Under the pieces are notes generated by a model, which was not told the origin of the DNA, made no database searches, and worked only from the letters and a program-made list of their open reading frames with translations. The position numbers and the translations under genes were made by a program. A stretch of DNA of 44,131 nt from Patescibacteria group bacterium (GTDB lineage: Bacteria > Patescibacteriota > Microgenomatia > Levybacterales > UBA12049), in assembly GCA_023485865.1 (NCBI GenBank), contig JAMCZC010000035.1, forward strand, positions 1 to 44,131. Direction: 5' to 3'. Shown here piece by piece: positions 10,101 through 17,861 of this stretch; position 1 is the first letter of the stretch; every line of letters starts with the position of its first letter.

Positions 10101-13100
10101 ATATTGTACATCCTGTTGCACTGGATCCACCTGCAATGTTTACATCAATGGCGCCGTCTTGCTGAAGATTTAGAGCAGTTGCTCCCGCATTTATGGTTGC
10201 GCTTGTCCCAAGGCTTACAGTGGCAATACCTGATGCGGTAAGTATTGTATCTGATGCCGCAATTGTTAAGGTGTTTGAGCCGGAATCTAATGTCAGTCCT
10301 CCTGTTGTAGTTTGAATTGTTGCCGCTGAACCATTGCCTAAGATTAGGGTAGTTGAATCCAAGGATAAGGCTGCCGCAGCATCTATTGTTCCTAAAGACG
10401 AAGCAGTAAGTGTTGTTGTTCCGGAAAGAGTAGTTGTTATGGCATTAACTGTTAAAAGGCTTCCGGCTCCTCCGTTAAGAGGAGATATTGTTATATTCCC
10501 TGTTGTATTTCCGCCTATTGTCAAAAGCTGATTGTTTGTTGTCTGTATACTAGCTGTTGATGAGTCTAAAACCAAGCTTCCTGAAAGCGATGCGGTTTGT
10601 GTTCCCCTTGTTCCTGCGATATTGACAAGAGCAAACTTAGCAGAGGTTGTTGATTGTCCACCTATCAATAAATCTACAGTAGAATTATTAGGGAATAGTG
10701 CGCCATTTTGCTGATTCCAGTATGGATCTGAAAATAAGCATGAACTACTAAAAGAAGGAGTTGTTCCGCCGGTTAAACATTGAGCAGAAGTTCCTATTGC
10801 TGTTTGTCCGATAAGTCCAGATGTAGCGGTGTAAAGAATTCCTCCTGCATTTGTATACAAACCGGAAGTAATTGCGCCGGTATTGCCGATTGTGAATTTT
10901 GGAACACCACTCGCAGAGGCAGTTAAAATGTCTCCGGTACCGGGGTTATTAACAATAAGGGCGGCATTTGAATTTATATTACTGGTTGCAGCAGGCAGTA
11001 CATTTAATCTATCTGTTATTTGAACAGCCCCCAGGTTATTCGTGCTGTCGTTTTGAATGTCTGTTTGGACATATAATGTCCCGCCGCCCTGACCGATATT
11101 AACTGTACCGGTTGTTGATATTATGTTACCGTTTGTTCCGTCATGGGAGAGATTTAAAGAATATGTTTTTGTTGAGTCAAATATTTTAAGCGTCGGAGTG
11201 CCCGAGTTAACATTTGCAAATAAGAATTTGGCAGAAGTAGAAGCTACTCCTCCGATTGCCAAATCAACTGTTGAATTGCCGGGATAAAGAAGGCCGTTTG
11301 TTTGTCCCCAGAAACTGTCGCCGCCGCTGCCGCAGGTTCCCCAAGTCGGAGCACTGCCGCCTGTTGATTTAAGACACTCATTGCTTGCGCCTGCTGTAGT
11401 CTGGCTAAATAAACCGTTTGAGGTTGTATAAATTACTCCACCCCCCGTAGTGTAGGTTGCGGAAGTTATCGCTCCGCTTCCTGCTATCCTAAATCTTGTC
11501 CACCCGGAAGCTGAAGCCGTAAACAAATCTCCGACTCCGTCGTTATTGACTACCAAACTTGCAAAGGAGGTTTTACCGGAGATTGAGGCAACGGCTAATG
11601 TACCGGAGTTTCCTCTTATATCAAGAGTTGTGAGCGGGAAAGTCGTCCCAACTCCTACACTGCCTGTTGAAGAAAGGTATAAGCTGGAAGAAGAATTTCC
11701 GGGTTTGAACTGTATATCTCCTGTTGTGTTTCCTCCCAAGGTTAATAATTGGTTTGCGGTTGACTGGATTTGCGCCGTGCCGCTTCTGAATGTCAGCTGT
11801 CCTCCGACAGAGGCCGCTCCCGCCACATCCAAAAGGGCAGTGGGGGAAGTGGTTCCGATGCCGACATTGCCATTTACGGCAAGAGTTGCTGTTCCGGGAT
11901 TGTTATATCCAATTGCGGCTTGTCCTCCCCAGCCGTTATTGGGCATAACAATCAGATTCCCCGAAGCAGAGGCAATAGTCTGTCCTGTTTTTATACCTGT
12001 AAAGGAAAATAAGGCAGAAGATGTTGCAGTGCTTCCAAGAAGCAAATCGTTAGTTGTATCAACAGGCGAAAGTGCCCCCGCTAACTGATTCCACCAGTTA
12101 GTTCCTGTTCCCGCCGGACAGGTTCCGGTTCCGGTTACAATACCGCCGGTTGTATTTACACAGGCGTTGCTTGTGCTTATTCCGTTTGTTCCCCCCGACT
12201 GATAAACTCCTCCGATTAAGTTTAAATTCCCGCCGTTACTAAGTGTTAACCTTGTTGTCCCGCTTGCCGAGGCGGTAAAAATATCTCCTGAATTTAAGTT
12301 GTTCACTATCAAAGCCGCATTTGAACCGTATGCGCCATTTATCTGAAGAGGGGCAGTGGGGGAGGTGGTGCTGATGCCGATAATTCCAGAGCTTAAATTT
12401 CCATAAATAGTGTTGCCGATATTTAATTGATTACTTCCTGTAGCTGAAGGAGCGTTTGTCCCCGAGCCAAGCATTATGTTGCTTGCTCCGCTTGTAATGT
12501 TTAGTCCCGCATTATAGCCCAATAACGTATTATTGTTTCCTCCAGTAATAAGGGCAGTTCCAGCTTGATAGCCAAAAAGAGCGTTATTACTAATATCACT
12601 GTTTCCAAACACACCGGTTCCAGCATACGCTCCATTAACTGTATTTCCGCCTCCAGTGGTATTGTTTTGAAGAGAATAGTACCCAGTAGCAGTGTTATTT
12701 GAGCTACTACTGCTATAATGAAGAGCCCTCATGCCAATAGCTGTATTAGCGTTGCCGCTGTTAGCGTAACCAGCTTGATAGCCGACAAAAGAATTGTAAA
12801 ATCCAGTTCCGCCTCCAGCTTGATATCCTAGGGATGTTCCAAAGTTTGAGTTGGGAAAATTAATAAGATTTGCTACTTGAATAGCGTTATTTGGGGTCGT
12901 TGTTCCAATCCCTACATTACCGCTTCCATTAACATAAAGACCTGTGCTGCCGTTGGGATTAATTTGTACTGCTCCGGTATTTGTATCTCCGATTTGTAAA
13001 GCATTCATTGCGGTTGCCCCAATTGTTCTTGTTGTTCCTGCGGCAGAACCCAAAGAGAAATTTCCGGCAACAGAGGCAACCGGAGTGCCGGAATTTACAT

Positions 13101-15435
13101 TCAAAACTGCAAACTTAGCAGATTGGGTTGATTGTCCTCCAACTAATAAATCAACTGTGGAATTGGCGGGGAAAAGGGCTCCGGCACCCGCCCCGGAAGT
13201 AGGCTGAATCCAATAGTTTGTTCCCGCCGGACAGGTTCCCGTTCCCGTTACTATTCCTCCGGTTGTATTTACGCAGGCGTTGGTGAGGGTTTGTCCTTGA
13301 TTTGTGCCGACAGAGAAAATGCTGCCGCCGGCTATAGTTGTGTTTCCCGAACCATCCACAGTGAATTTGGCAGTTCCGCTTTGCGAAGCGCTAATTAACG
13401 GCCCTCCTCCGGTTTGATTCAGCGTCAAGGCTGATTGGCCGCTTGAGGTAGCCAAAACAGCAAATAAACCGTCAACTTCCACCGCTCCGACGGCACTAGA
13501 TATATTGTTACTGATTGATGTATTAACTAGTGGTTTGTCGAGAGCAATTTTTCCCGTTCCGTCGGGCGAAAGGGTAATATTTGAATTGCTTCCCGCGTTG
13601 GTTGTGAGAAGCACAGGCTGGCCGGAGATTGTAAATTGGCCTCCGCTTGCCTGGAAAGTCGGATTGGCGCTTCCGCCAATGGTTAAGTTTCCCGATGAGT
13701 CCAAGGCTAAAACGACATTGTTTGTTCCTGCACCGGATTGGGTTATTGGAGCTAGACCCTGTAACGTTTCCGAATTAGCCGCAAAAGCAACCGTTGCCAG
13801 CTGTTGCCTGGGCGTCATTTCGGGGGTGGTATTAACGCTAACGCCTAAGAATAAGGCGGAATTAGAGGCAAAAAGCCAGTTAGGGATTCCGCAGGGTCCG
13901 GTTGGGTTAGTTTGGTTAACCGGACACATTCCGGCGTTTCCCAGTAAAACCGAAAAAATTCCGTCCTGATCCGGGCTTACGCTGTCAACTTCCTGCCAAA
14001 ACAAAGCACTGCCTGTGGCCGGCGCCTGGGCATTATATATTGCAAACCTTAAGGCGCTGGGGGTAGAAATAGGATTATCCTGGTTATCCGTAAGTCTTCC
14101 CTGAAAAGATAAGATTCTGATTGGGGCGCTGGGCAAAGCGGCTAGAGCAGGATTACCGGTTGTTGGTTTTTGGAAAAATGACTGGTAGAAACCAAAGCCG
14201 ATAACAGCCATAAAGATAATCAAAATTGCAAAATGGAAGTAGTGGGTAATTGCATAGGAATGATACGTTTTGTACCATTTTGGACGTTTATATCGGAGCG
14301 TAAACCAGGCTTTCTTGTACCAGGGAAAGTATTTTGTTGAGATATCCAGGGGAGCATACATTGCCTTCGGCAAATTTCCAATTTCCAATTTCCAATTTCC
14401 AATTTTCGAACTTTTGATTTTTGATTTTTGATTTTTGATTTTGGCAAAGACCGGTTTTCCTTTGGCCAGCCAGGTCAGGTACGAAGCCTTGTCAAAAACT
14501 TTAGCAAAGGGGATGGTCAAGAGCTGATCAAAAGCAAAAATGCCTATCTCTGATAGTTTTTGAGCTAGTCTGAGAGGGGGAAAGCCCGAATATGACTCAT
14601 GATTTGAGACGGACACCTCGGAGGTGGCTTTAGACTCCTGCGAGGTGAATCTTTCGAGCTCTAGGCGGACATTTTTCCCAGTACTCCTATCCAAATCATA
14701 ATTCTTAATTCCTAATTCATAATTCTTTCCAAGGAGGCCTTCGGCCTGTGCCCAATTTAGGTATTTGCGTAAAGAGGAGAGCTTGCGGTTTACCGTTGCC
14801 GGGGAAAACCCCACTTCGCCAAGGCTTCGAGGGGCAAGTAGCCTTTGTTTGTATTCTTCCAATAATTGCGGGCTAATCGCATTCAAAACATTTCTTGAGC
14901 TTCCATTGTCTAGCCTCAAATCTAATACTTCCTCTGCCCAAGTTAGGAATTGTTTCAAGTCTATGAGATAGTTTTTTATAGTAAGATGCGAAGCGTTGTA
15001 GACATAGAGGTAGTTTTTAAAGTCCCGGATCTTATATGGGTCCGCTGATTGCTGATTGCTGATTGCTGATTGCTGAGCGAACGGATCGTGAGCGATATGT
15101 CCTTCCAGTTTTAAAAACTTAAAAAATTTGCGAAGAGAGGATAAGTGACGCTCGAGCGATCTCTCCGAGAGCGCAGATTTCTGATTTCTGATTTCTGATT
15201 TCTGATTTTTTTCTGCAATCTGTAATCCGTAATCATCAATCGCTTCGCGTTTGTATGCTTCGATTGTTCCAGTGGTTACAAGTTGGGGAGAAAAAGGCTT
15301 TTGGTAATGAGATTCATACCAACGAATGAAATGATTAATGTCAGATGTATAATTCTTGACAGTAGCCCTGGAAGCCGAATTGGGTGGAGCTAGCAAAAAT
15401 GTTTTGAATTGTTGTACAAAGTTATCGTTTGACAT
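4180..15435 (-). CDS. Giant membrane-anchored fibre/adhesin (~3751 aa): 2x integrase N-terminal SAM-like (core-binding) domains, TM helix, tail-fibre-like repeats, Gly-rich duplicated module, peptidase-G2/IMC-like domain
   Basis: ORF track 4180..15468; ATG 15435 (MSNDNF) preferred because AAGGA lies just upstream. Motifs TVKNYTSDINHF..RHLSSLRKFFKFL and TIKNYLIDLKQF..SPATVNRKLSSLRKYLNW; TM FAILIIFMAVIGFGFY; LSFQGRLTD; many GNVGIGTT-x-P repeats; GDFSEFF..GQVVSVD..IVGVI. Confidence 0.9.
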   Translation of the reverse strand: MSNDNFVQQFKTFLLAPPNSASRATVKNYTSDINHFIRWYESHYQKPFSPQLVTTGTIEAYKREAIDDYGLQIAEKNQKSEIRNQKSALSERSLERHLSSLRKFFKFLKLEGHIAHDPFAQQSAISNQQSADPYKIRDFKNYLYVYNASHLTIKNYLIDLKQFLTWAEEVLDLRLDNGSSRNVLNAISPQLLEEYKQRLLAPRSLGEVGFSPATVNRKLSSLRKYLNWAQAEGLLGKNYELGIKNYDLDRSTGKNVRLELERFTSQESKATSEVSVSNHESYSGFPPLRLAQKLSEIGIFAFDQLLTIPFAKVFDKASYLTWLAKGKPVFAKIKNQKSKIKSSKIGNWKLEIGNLPKAMYAPLDISTKYFPWYKKAWFTLRYKRPKWYKTYHSYAITHYFHFAILIIFMAVIGFGFYQSFFQKPTTGNPALAALPSAPIRILSFQGRLTDNQDNPISTPSALRFAIYNAQAPATGSALFWQEVDSVSPDQDGIFSVLLGNAGMCPVNQTNPTGPCGIPNWLFASNSALFLGVSVNTTPEMTPRQQLATVAFAANSETLQGLAPITQSGAGTNNVVLALDSSGNLTIGGSANPTFQASGGQFTISGQPVLLTTNAGSNSNITLSPDGTGKIALDKPLVNTSISNNISSAVGAVEVDGLFAVLATSSGQSALTLNQTGGGPLISASQSGTAKFTVDGSGNTTIAGGSIFSVGTNQGQTLTNACVNTTGGIVTGTGTCPAGTNYWIQPTSGAGAGALFPANSTVDLLVGGQSTQSAKFAVLNVNSGTPVASVAGNFSLGSAAGTTRTIGATAMNALQIGDTNTGAVQINPNGSTGLYVNGSGNVGIGTTTPNNAIQVANLINFPNSNFGTSLGYQAGGGTGFYNSFVGYQAGYANSGNANTAIGMRALHYSSSSSNNTATGYYSLQNNTTGGGNTVNGAYAGTGVFGNSDISNNALFGYQAGTALITGGNNNTLLGYNAGLNITSGASNIMLGSGTNAPSATGSNQLNIGNTIYGNLSSGIIGISTTSPTAPLQINGAYGSNAALIVNNLNSGDIFTASASGTTRLTLSNGGNLNLIGGVYQSGGTNGISTSNACVNTTGGIVTGTGTCPAGTGTNWWNQLAGALSPVDTTNDLLLGSTATSSALFSFTGIKTGQTIASASGNLIVMPNNGWGGQAAIGYNNPGTATLAVNGNVGIGTTSPTALLDVAGAASVGGQLTFRSGTAQIQSTANQLLTLGGNTTGDIQFKPGNSSSSLYLSSTGSVGVGTTFPLTTLDIRGNSGTLAVASISGKTSFASLVVNNDGVGDLFTASASGWTRFRIAGSGAITSATYTTGGGVIYTTSNGLFSQTTAGASNECLKSTGGSAPTWGTCGSGGDSFWGQTNGLLYPGNSTVDLAIGGVASTSAKFLFANVNSGTPTLKIFDSTKTYSLNLSHDGTNGNIISTTGTVNIGQGGGTLYVQTDIQNDSTNNLGAVQITDRLNVLPAATSNINSNAALIVNNPGTGDILTASASGVPKFTIGNTGAITSGLYTNAGGILYTATSGLIGQTAIGTSAQCLTGGTTPSFSSSCLFSDPYWNQQNGALFPNNSTVDLLIGGQSTTSAKFALVNIAGTRGTQTASLSGSLVLDSSTASIQTTNNQLLTIGGNTTGNITISPLNGGAGSLLTVNAITTTLSGTTTLTASSLGTIDAAAALSLDSTTLILGNGSAATIQTTTGGLTLDSGSNTLTIAASDTILTASGIATVSLGTSATINAGATALNLQQDGAIDVNIAGGSSATGCTISNSTGNLTCSGNIASTQTSGVQGWWQRSLGALSPTNITDDFLLGGTATSTAQFSVSNIAKNQAVASLSGQFIVMPNNGWGGQVGIGTTSPLNKLQVYGTLKVGGDASQAVGIIALGDDLSTTANVGIFRGTSAGASGGGNVLLVGGYSGFGITTGNAALGSQGAPKFYVDTSGNVGIGTGAPTAPLHINTGYANNAALIVNNLNSGNLIAASASGTTQFYLTNAGSAYARSFYDLDNPAYFLDPAATATAGAFFGSVGIGTATPNNKLDVKGNIVATGYFAGESSANLTTIQATGTTTGDGNNGSIYFADSSSVERARVDTSQQTINNGTGADGNILISGTVNINTTNVIASRSCVDGGDAVNYSVSSLTSTTAVLSSTPSSGCLAVGDEVLLINLQGTSSNTVNVGNYETLKIQSISTNTITFTTSKKNYYGDGAANDTNIGTLTTNQRVMLQRIPNYNNVTVLPGGTLTASGWSNPKGGVLFFRAAGSVDNRGTISMSGNGYTGGAGGTSNIVNGTGGESFDGAGSAGTTGAAGLNRGGGAGGISGGTGAGGSGGGGFGGGGGGGGGSGYASSSPAAGGAGGGTNVCAGGGGGGAGTINSNGGAGGAACNAGAIGTGGGAGGLAGSGATGGGTGAAGTTAGGGGGGGLYGRADLSILNLGSGSGGSGYNGTVPISGSSGVSGGGIIYIGASSLYSSAGKITSNGSAGATGVSGGTGSGGGAGGSIYLNTGTAILGTVNANGGGGGAGSGTNYAGGGGGDGGTGRIHITANSINGTSNPVADTTILTPLTSGTGADGNILISGTVNINTTNVIASRSCVDGGDAVNYSVSSLTSTTAVLSSTPSSGCLAVGDEVLLINLQGTSSNTVNVGNYETLKIQSISTNTITFTTSKKNYYGDGAANDTNIGTLTTNQRVMLQRIPNYNNVTVLPGGTLTASGWSNPKGGVLFFRAAGSVDNRGTISMSGNGYTGGAGGTSNIVNGTGGESFDGAGSAGTTGAAGLNRGGGAGGISGGTGAGGSGGGGFGGGGGGGGGSGYASSSPAAGGAGGGTNVCAGGGGGGAGTINSNGGAGGAACNAGAIGTGGGAGGLAGSGATGGGTGAAGTTAGGGGGGGLYGRADLSILNLGSGSGGSGYNGTVPISGSSGVSGGGIIYIGASSLYSSAGKITSNGSAGATGVSGGTGSGGGAGGSIYLNTGTAILGTVNANGGGGGAGSGTNYAGGGGGDGGTGRIHITANSINGTSNPVADTTGSAIGSSGSINGTLYSGNATIYNTLQLYGNGSMLQLYDYGTTTPTRPNNGDLALGNVGSGATQGRLFIQSGGTNFYFSSAGTGDFSEFFKNSDPTLTTGQVVSVDSSTSRAVIKTTKAYDNGIVGVIARPGEGTQNNNNQDGTRENDPNYKNVSLLGQTPVVVSNINGDIHTGDKLTSSNIPGVAMKATQPGFIVGTALEAFTCSNSNEPGSSASNSANFGLVSPALCQGSIQAYIKAGYYDPTPAILTDVLGIKNYVVRLGNSVEGTAYSSIATVTDTAGNVVNRAEVLAGAVIGNLQAGVINAQEITTNSLTTLTANIQNLTSNNIVSPIAQIDTVHTNLISPITNDSAIALKFENNKLSILNGNSASTSAVSSFDNQGNATFSGKLTSDNLQVTNDASIAGTLRAGKILASEIEGLPISTSSSIFVTNNYYASTSSDLASSSALTNPYTLAANSYIDIASYSGLLANVDNLNAQTATFTQGLMSFGPSSFSDVSVVGQLSIDGNLILASNSINVLGSDLNLQPLRQGGLSIMAGLFYIDTNGNLKVGGNAEFAKDVKVGGVLSTNIISPIPGSDLALNLGSNEPGSSASNSQFRVNNSSNSAILTINQSGDLTASGTATFGKLNLNLVSPAFALSNTEVVATGSAGVVTLKAYRTEITVDNNLVTSKSLIYITPVGQTLGQNLYLLRQVPNDPLNGTTGSFTVGINAPVPTDVKFNFLIIN
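4573..4605. repeat. 33-bp exact repeat with palindromic core, copy 1 (in frame, NEPGSSASNS)
   Basis: cgaatttgaggctgacgaacctggttcgttaga, identical at 5704-5736; core acgaacc-t-ggttcgt. Confidence 0.85.
5704..5736. repeat. 33-bp exact repeat with palindromic core, copy 2
   Basis: Identical to 4573-4605. Confidence 0.85.
6356..9117. repeat. Tandem direct duplication: 6356-7725 and 7748-9117 (1370 bp each, period 1392 bp = 464 codons, 22-bp unique linker)
   Basis: Both copies begin gtcgtatccgccacagg and end gtcggcgccggtgcc. Protein text and shadow ORFs (6648/8040, 6984/8376) are identical at offset 1392. Confidence 0.95.
14373..15208. repeat. Five in-frame heptamer arrays in the N-terminal region of the giant gene
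   Basis: (aatttcc)4 14373-14400; (tgatttt)4 14415-14442; aattc(t/c/a)t units ~14696-14726; (gctgatt)4+ 15044-15076; (gatttct)4+ 15176-15208. Confidence 0.9.
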
Positions 15436-16069
15436 ATTTATTCCTTCGTTCCAGCCTTCTCTTCCCACCTAAGCTTCCCATTCGCATTCTGGTACTATTC
15501 GTACGCTGCTCTTGGAGCGCTTTTTGGCGGGCAAGAAATAAGCTTTCCGAATAACCGCCGTCTTTAATAAAAGCGTTTTCCAAAGAGGCGAGCTGTTTAT
15601 CCAAAAGATAAGTCGCCTGGTAAATTAGGCAGATTAAGCAGTTGGCAAAATCTTCCGGGGAAGTCAAATAGGACTTATAGGTCTCATAAGACTTATCGGA
15701 CCTATAGGCTAAAGCCCGGACAGCTTTGGCTTTTGGGGAATCTTTTTCCCACAGAGGAAGTTCTCTTTGGCGCAGGAAATCCTGGTAATCAAGAAGTAAT
15801 TCTTCCAAAGAAGCCCTAGCTACGCCTATAAGTTTTATTTCGGTTTTTTTAGACACGGCTGAAGCAAGCGAACCTTCAGCTATATTCTGTCTGCCCGAAC
15901 GGGCAGCTTGGATCATTTGGTCGTTCATCCGATAGGACCTATTAGACGCATAAGTCAGATAGGTCTTACAAAATTCAACTGTTAGGTCGTAAATAAGGGT
16001 AGTAGTCTGATAAGATTTAAGATTTTTGTATCCTCCGTAGGTTTTTTTGTTAAGCAGTTCTTGGTTCAT
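15422..16069 (-). CDS. Four-helix-bundle protein with suffix domain (Avd/23S-IVP-like superfamily)
   Basis: GGYKNLKSYQ..IYDLTVEFC..DQMIQAARSGRQNIAEGS..KLIGVARASLEELLLDYQDFLRQ..LLDKQL..FIKDGGYSE. 9-mer repeats at ~15671-15710 and ~15933-15970. Confidence 0.85.
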   Translation of the reverse strand: MNQELLNKKTYGGYKNLKSYQTTTLIYDLTVEFCKTYLTYASNRSYRMNDQMIQAARSGRQNIAEGSLASAVSKKTEIKLIGVARASLEELLLDYQDFLRQRELPLWEKDSPKAKAVRALAYRSDKSYETYKSYLTSPEDFANCLICLIYQATYLLDKQLASLENAFIKDGGYSESLFLARQKALQEQRTNSTRMRMGSLGGKRRLERRNKYVKR

Positions 16070-16184
16070 GAATTAATTTGCGAAACTTCCCGAGCAGAAA
16101 TCTGTGAAAATATTGACTTAGCTTCGAGATTATACGGATTATACGGATTATCTGAAAGTTTTAAGTCATTTAACATACACTATT

Positions 16185-16214
16185 AGAATAAAGAAATTTG
16201 AAATTAGTTGTCAA
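16185..16214 (-). promoter_or_regulatory. Putative sigma70 promoter for the four-helix/giant-fibre operon
   Basis: Minus strand TTGACA-N18-TATTCT. Confidence 0.5.
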
Positions 16215-16418
16215 GGCCTTATAGTATTCATCAATGATACGTTTTGATAGTATATGATATATCACAAAAACAATTGAGTGTTGTGTGAAAATGATATTTC
16301 GTTTTACGCTTGTGAAAATAATTTATGCCTATAAAATTAATAAGATAAATATATACATAATATATCAATAAGTATCGTACATCCTATAATCTCCCTTGTG
16401 TACTTGTGATGTATTAAT

Positions 16419-16517
16419 TGCAAATATGCAAATGACGAATAAGCAAATGAATGCATTAATACATTAAATTATTTAATTATTCATTTGAGATTTGCTTATT
16501 TGCTTATTTTTGCATTC
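16419..16517. repeat. 8-mer-built imperfect palindrome (family A), intergenic copy
   Basis: gcaaatatgcaaatgacgaataagcaaatgaat...attcatttgagatttgcttatttgcttatt. Confidence 0.8.
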
Positions 16518-16747
16518 CCGTTTTGGCGGTAAGTTATTCTAAGTGATAAGGTTTTTAAAGTTGTATTTTGGATTGATATGATAGGAAAAATAGAATTTTT
16601 GAAATTGGAGCTTGGAATTCTTGAAGTTAGAAGTTGGATATCTTTGATCTTGAAACTTTGAAATCAAGAAATCTTGAAATCATGATATCAAAATAATCAA
16701 AATCGAGGATGTCAAAAATATCCAACGTCAAGTATTCCAACTTTTGC

Positions 16748-16776
16748 TTGCAATTTAAGGCTCGGGTAAGCATAAT
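16748..16776 (+). promoter_or_regulatory. Putative sigma70 promoter
   Basis: TTGCAA-N17-CATAAT; implies the true start lies downstream of the ORF-track start 16709. Confidence 0.45.
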
Positions 16777-16804
16777 TAGTTTAGACCTTAAGCCAATTTC
16801 AAAT

Positions 16805-17752
16805 ATGCAAATGACGAATAAGCAAATGAATATAAAAATATTTAAATCAAAAAATCAAATTAATAAATTTATGAATTCAAACATTCATTTAAAATTTGCA
16901 TATTTGCATATTTGCATATTATTTCTGCTTATTTTTGCATTTGCCGCGCCTTCGGCGTTTGCTGCCTTCAAAATCCCGGTCCAGGCTCAGGTAGGGAAAT
17001 TCTATTTAAACCTTTCAGGCTATATTTCTCCTTACGCTTCGGTTGTTTTAACAATTGACGGATTATTTGTAAGAGCAACGGTTGCCGACGCAGGAGGCAA
17101 TTTTTCCATATCGGGGGTTTTAATTAAGGAAGGCTTTTCTAAATTTTGCCTTGAAGCCGTTGACTTCAAAAGACTCGGAGATTCCTTTACCTGTTTTACT
17201 GTTCCTCCTGCAAAAGGCGACGTAACCATGACGGGAATATTTCTCCCGCCAACGCTTGGTCTTTCTAAAAACGTAATAGCCGAGGGAGGGGAGACTTTGG
17301 CCTTCGGTTACACGATGCCGGGTGCGGAAGTCACACTATACCTAAGTAACGGCCAAAAATTAACGACAACAGCAGATAGCACGGGTTATTACATTTTTAA
17401 CATTAAGAATCTCAAGGCCGGGAAATATAACTTATACGCAAGGGCCTTCTACAACCATAAAGAATCCCTTGCGCCGACAAAGACGCTGGAGCTTCGGGCA
17501 TTGTCGTGGTGGGAGCAAATAATTGCCTTTATAAAGAGCATTATTAATAAGATAATTAAGTTTTTCAGCTCGTGGGCCTTAGGACCGCTTTGGCTTGCCC
17601 TGCCAATCCTTATCCTCATTATTATACTTATTTTAAAGCTCTGGCCGGAGAAGTTTACGTTTATATACCAGTCGCGCCTTATAATCTTCTTTACAAGGGC
17701 ATTCAGGAAGCCCAGGAAGCCCCTTCACCATAGCTGGTGGCTCGGGTACTAA
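16805..17752 (+). CDS. Secreted Ig-like/carboxypeptidase-regulatory-like protein with C-terminal TM anchor (start uncertain, 16805-16871)
   Basis: Signal peptide ..FAYLHICILFLLIFAFAAPSAFA; two GY-x-x-P-x-A-x-V...AD-x-x-G-x-F/Y modules; TM LWLALPILILIIILIL. Confidence 0.8.
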   Translation: MQMTNKQMNIKIFKSKNQINKFMNSNIHLKFAYLHICILFLLIFAFAAPSAFAAFKIPVQAQVGKFYLNLSGYISPYASVVLTIDGLFVRATVADAGGNFSISGVLIKEGFSKFCLEAVDFKRLGDSFTCFTVPPAKGDVTMTGIFLPPTLGLSKNVIAEGGETLAFGYTMPGAEVTLYLSNGQKLTTTADSTGYYIFNIKNLKAGKYNLYARAFYNHKESLAPTKTLELRALSWWEQIIAFIKSIINKIIKFFSSWALGPLWLALPILILIIILILKLWPEKFTFIYQSRLIIFFTRAFRKPRKPLHHSWWLGY

Positions 17753-17850
17753 TGATAAATATGCAAATATGCAAATTTCAAATGAATGAATTAATCATTA
17801 AATCATTTAAATATTCATTTGCTTATTAGTCATTTGTAATATTTGCTTAT
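17752..17850. repeat. Family A palindrome between convergent genes; reverse-complement match to 33518-33612 and 40505-40599
   Basis: gcaaatttcaaatgaatgaattaatcattaaatcatttaaatattcatttgcttatt. Confidence 0.85.
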
Positions 17851-17861
17851 TTTAAGAAGGT

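Noticed and set aside
142-14971. Many short plus-strand and alternate-frame ORFs over the two giant genes
   Set aside because: Shadows of Thr/Gly/Asn-rich minus-strand coding sequence; no independent motifs.
14730-15435. Functional integrase or prophage boundary
   Set aside because: Only core-binding domains are present, with no catalytic domain, and there are no capsid, terminase or portal genes; fibre-like motifs sit in membrane-anchored chromosomal proteins.
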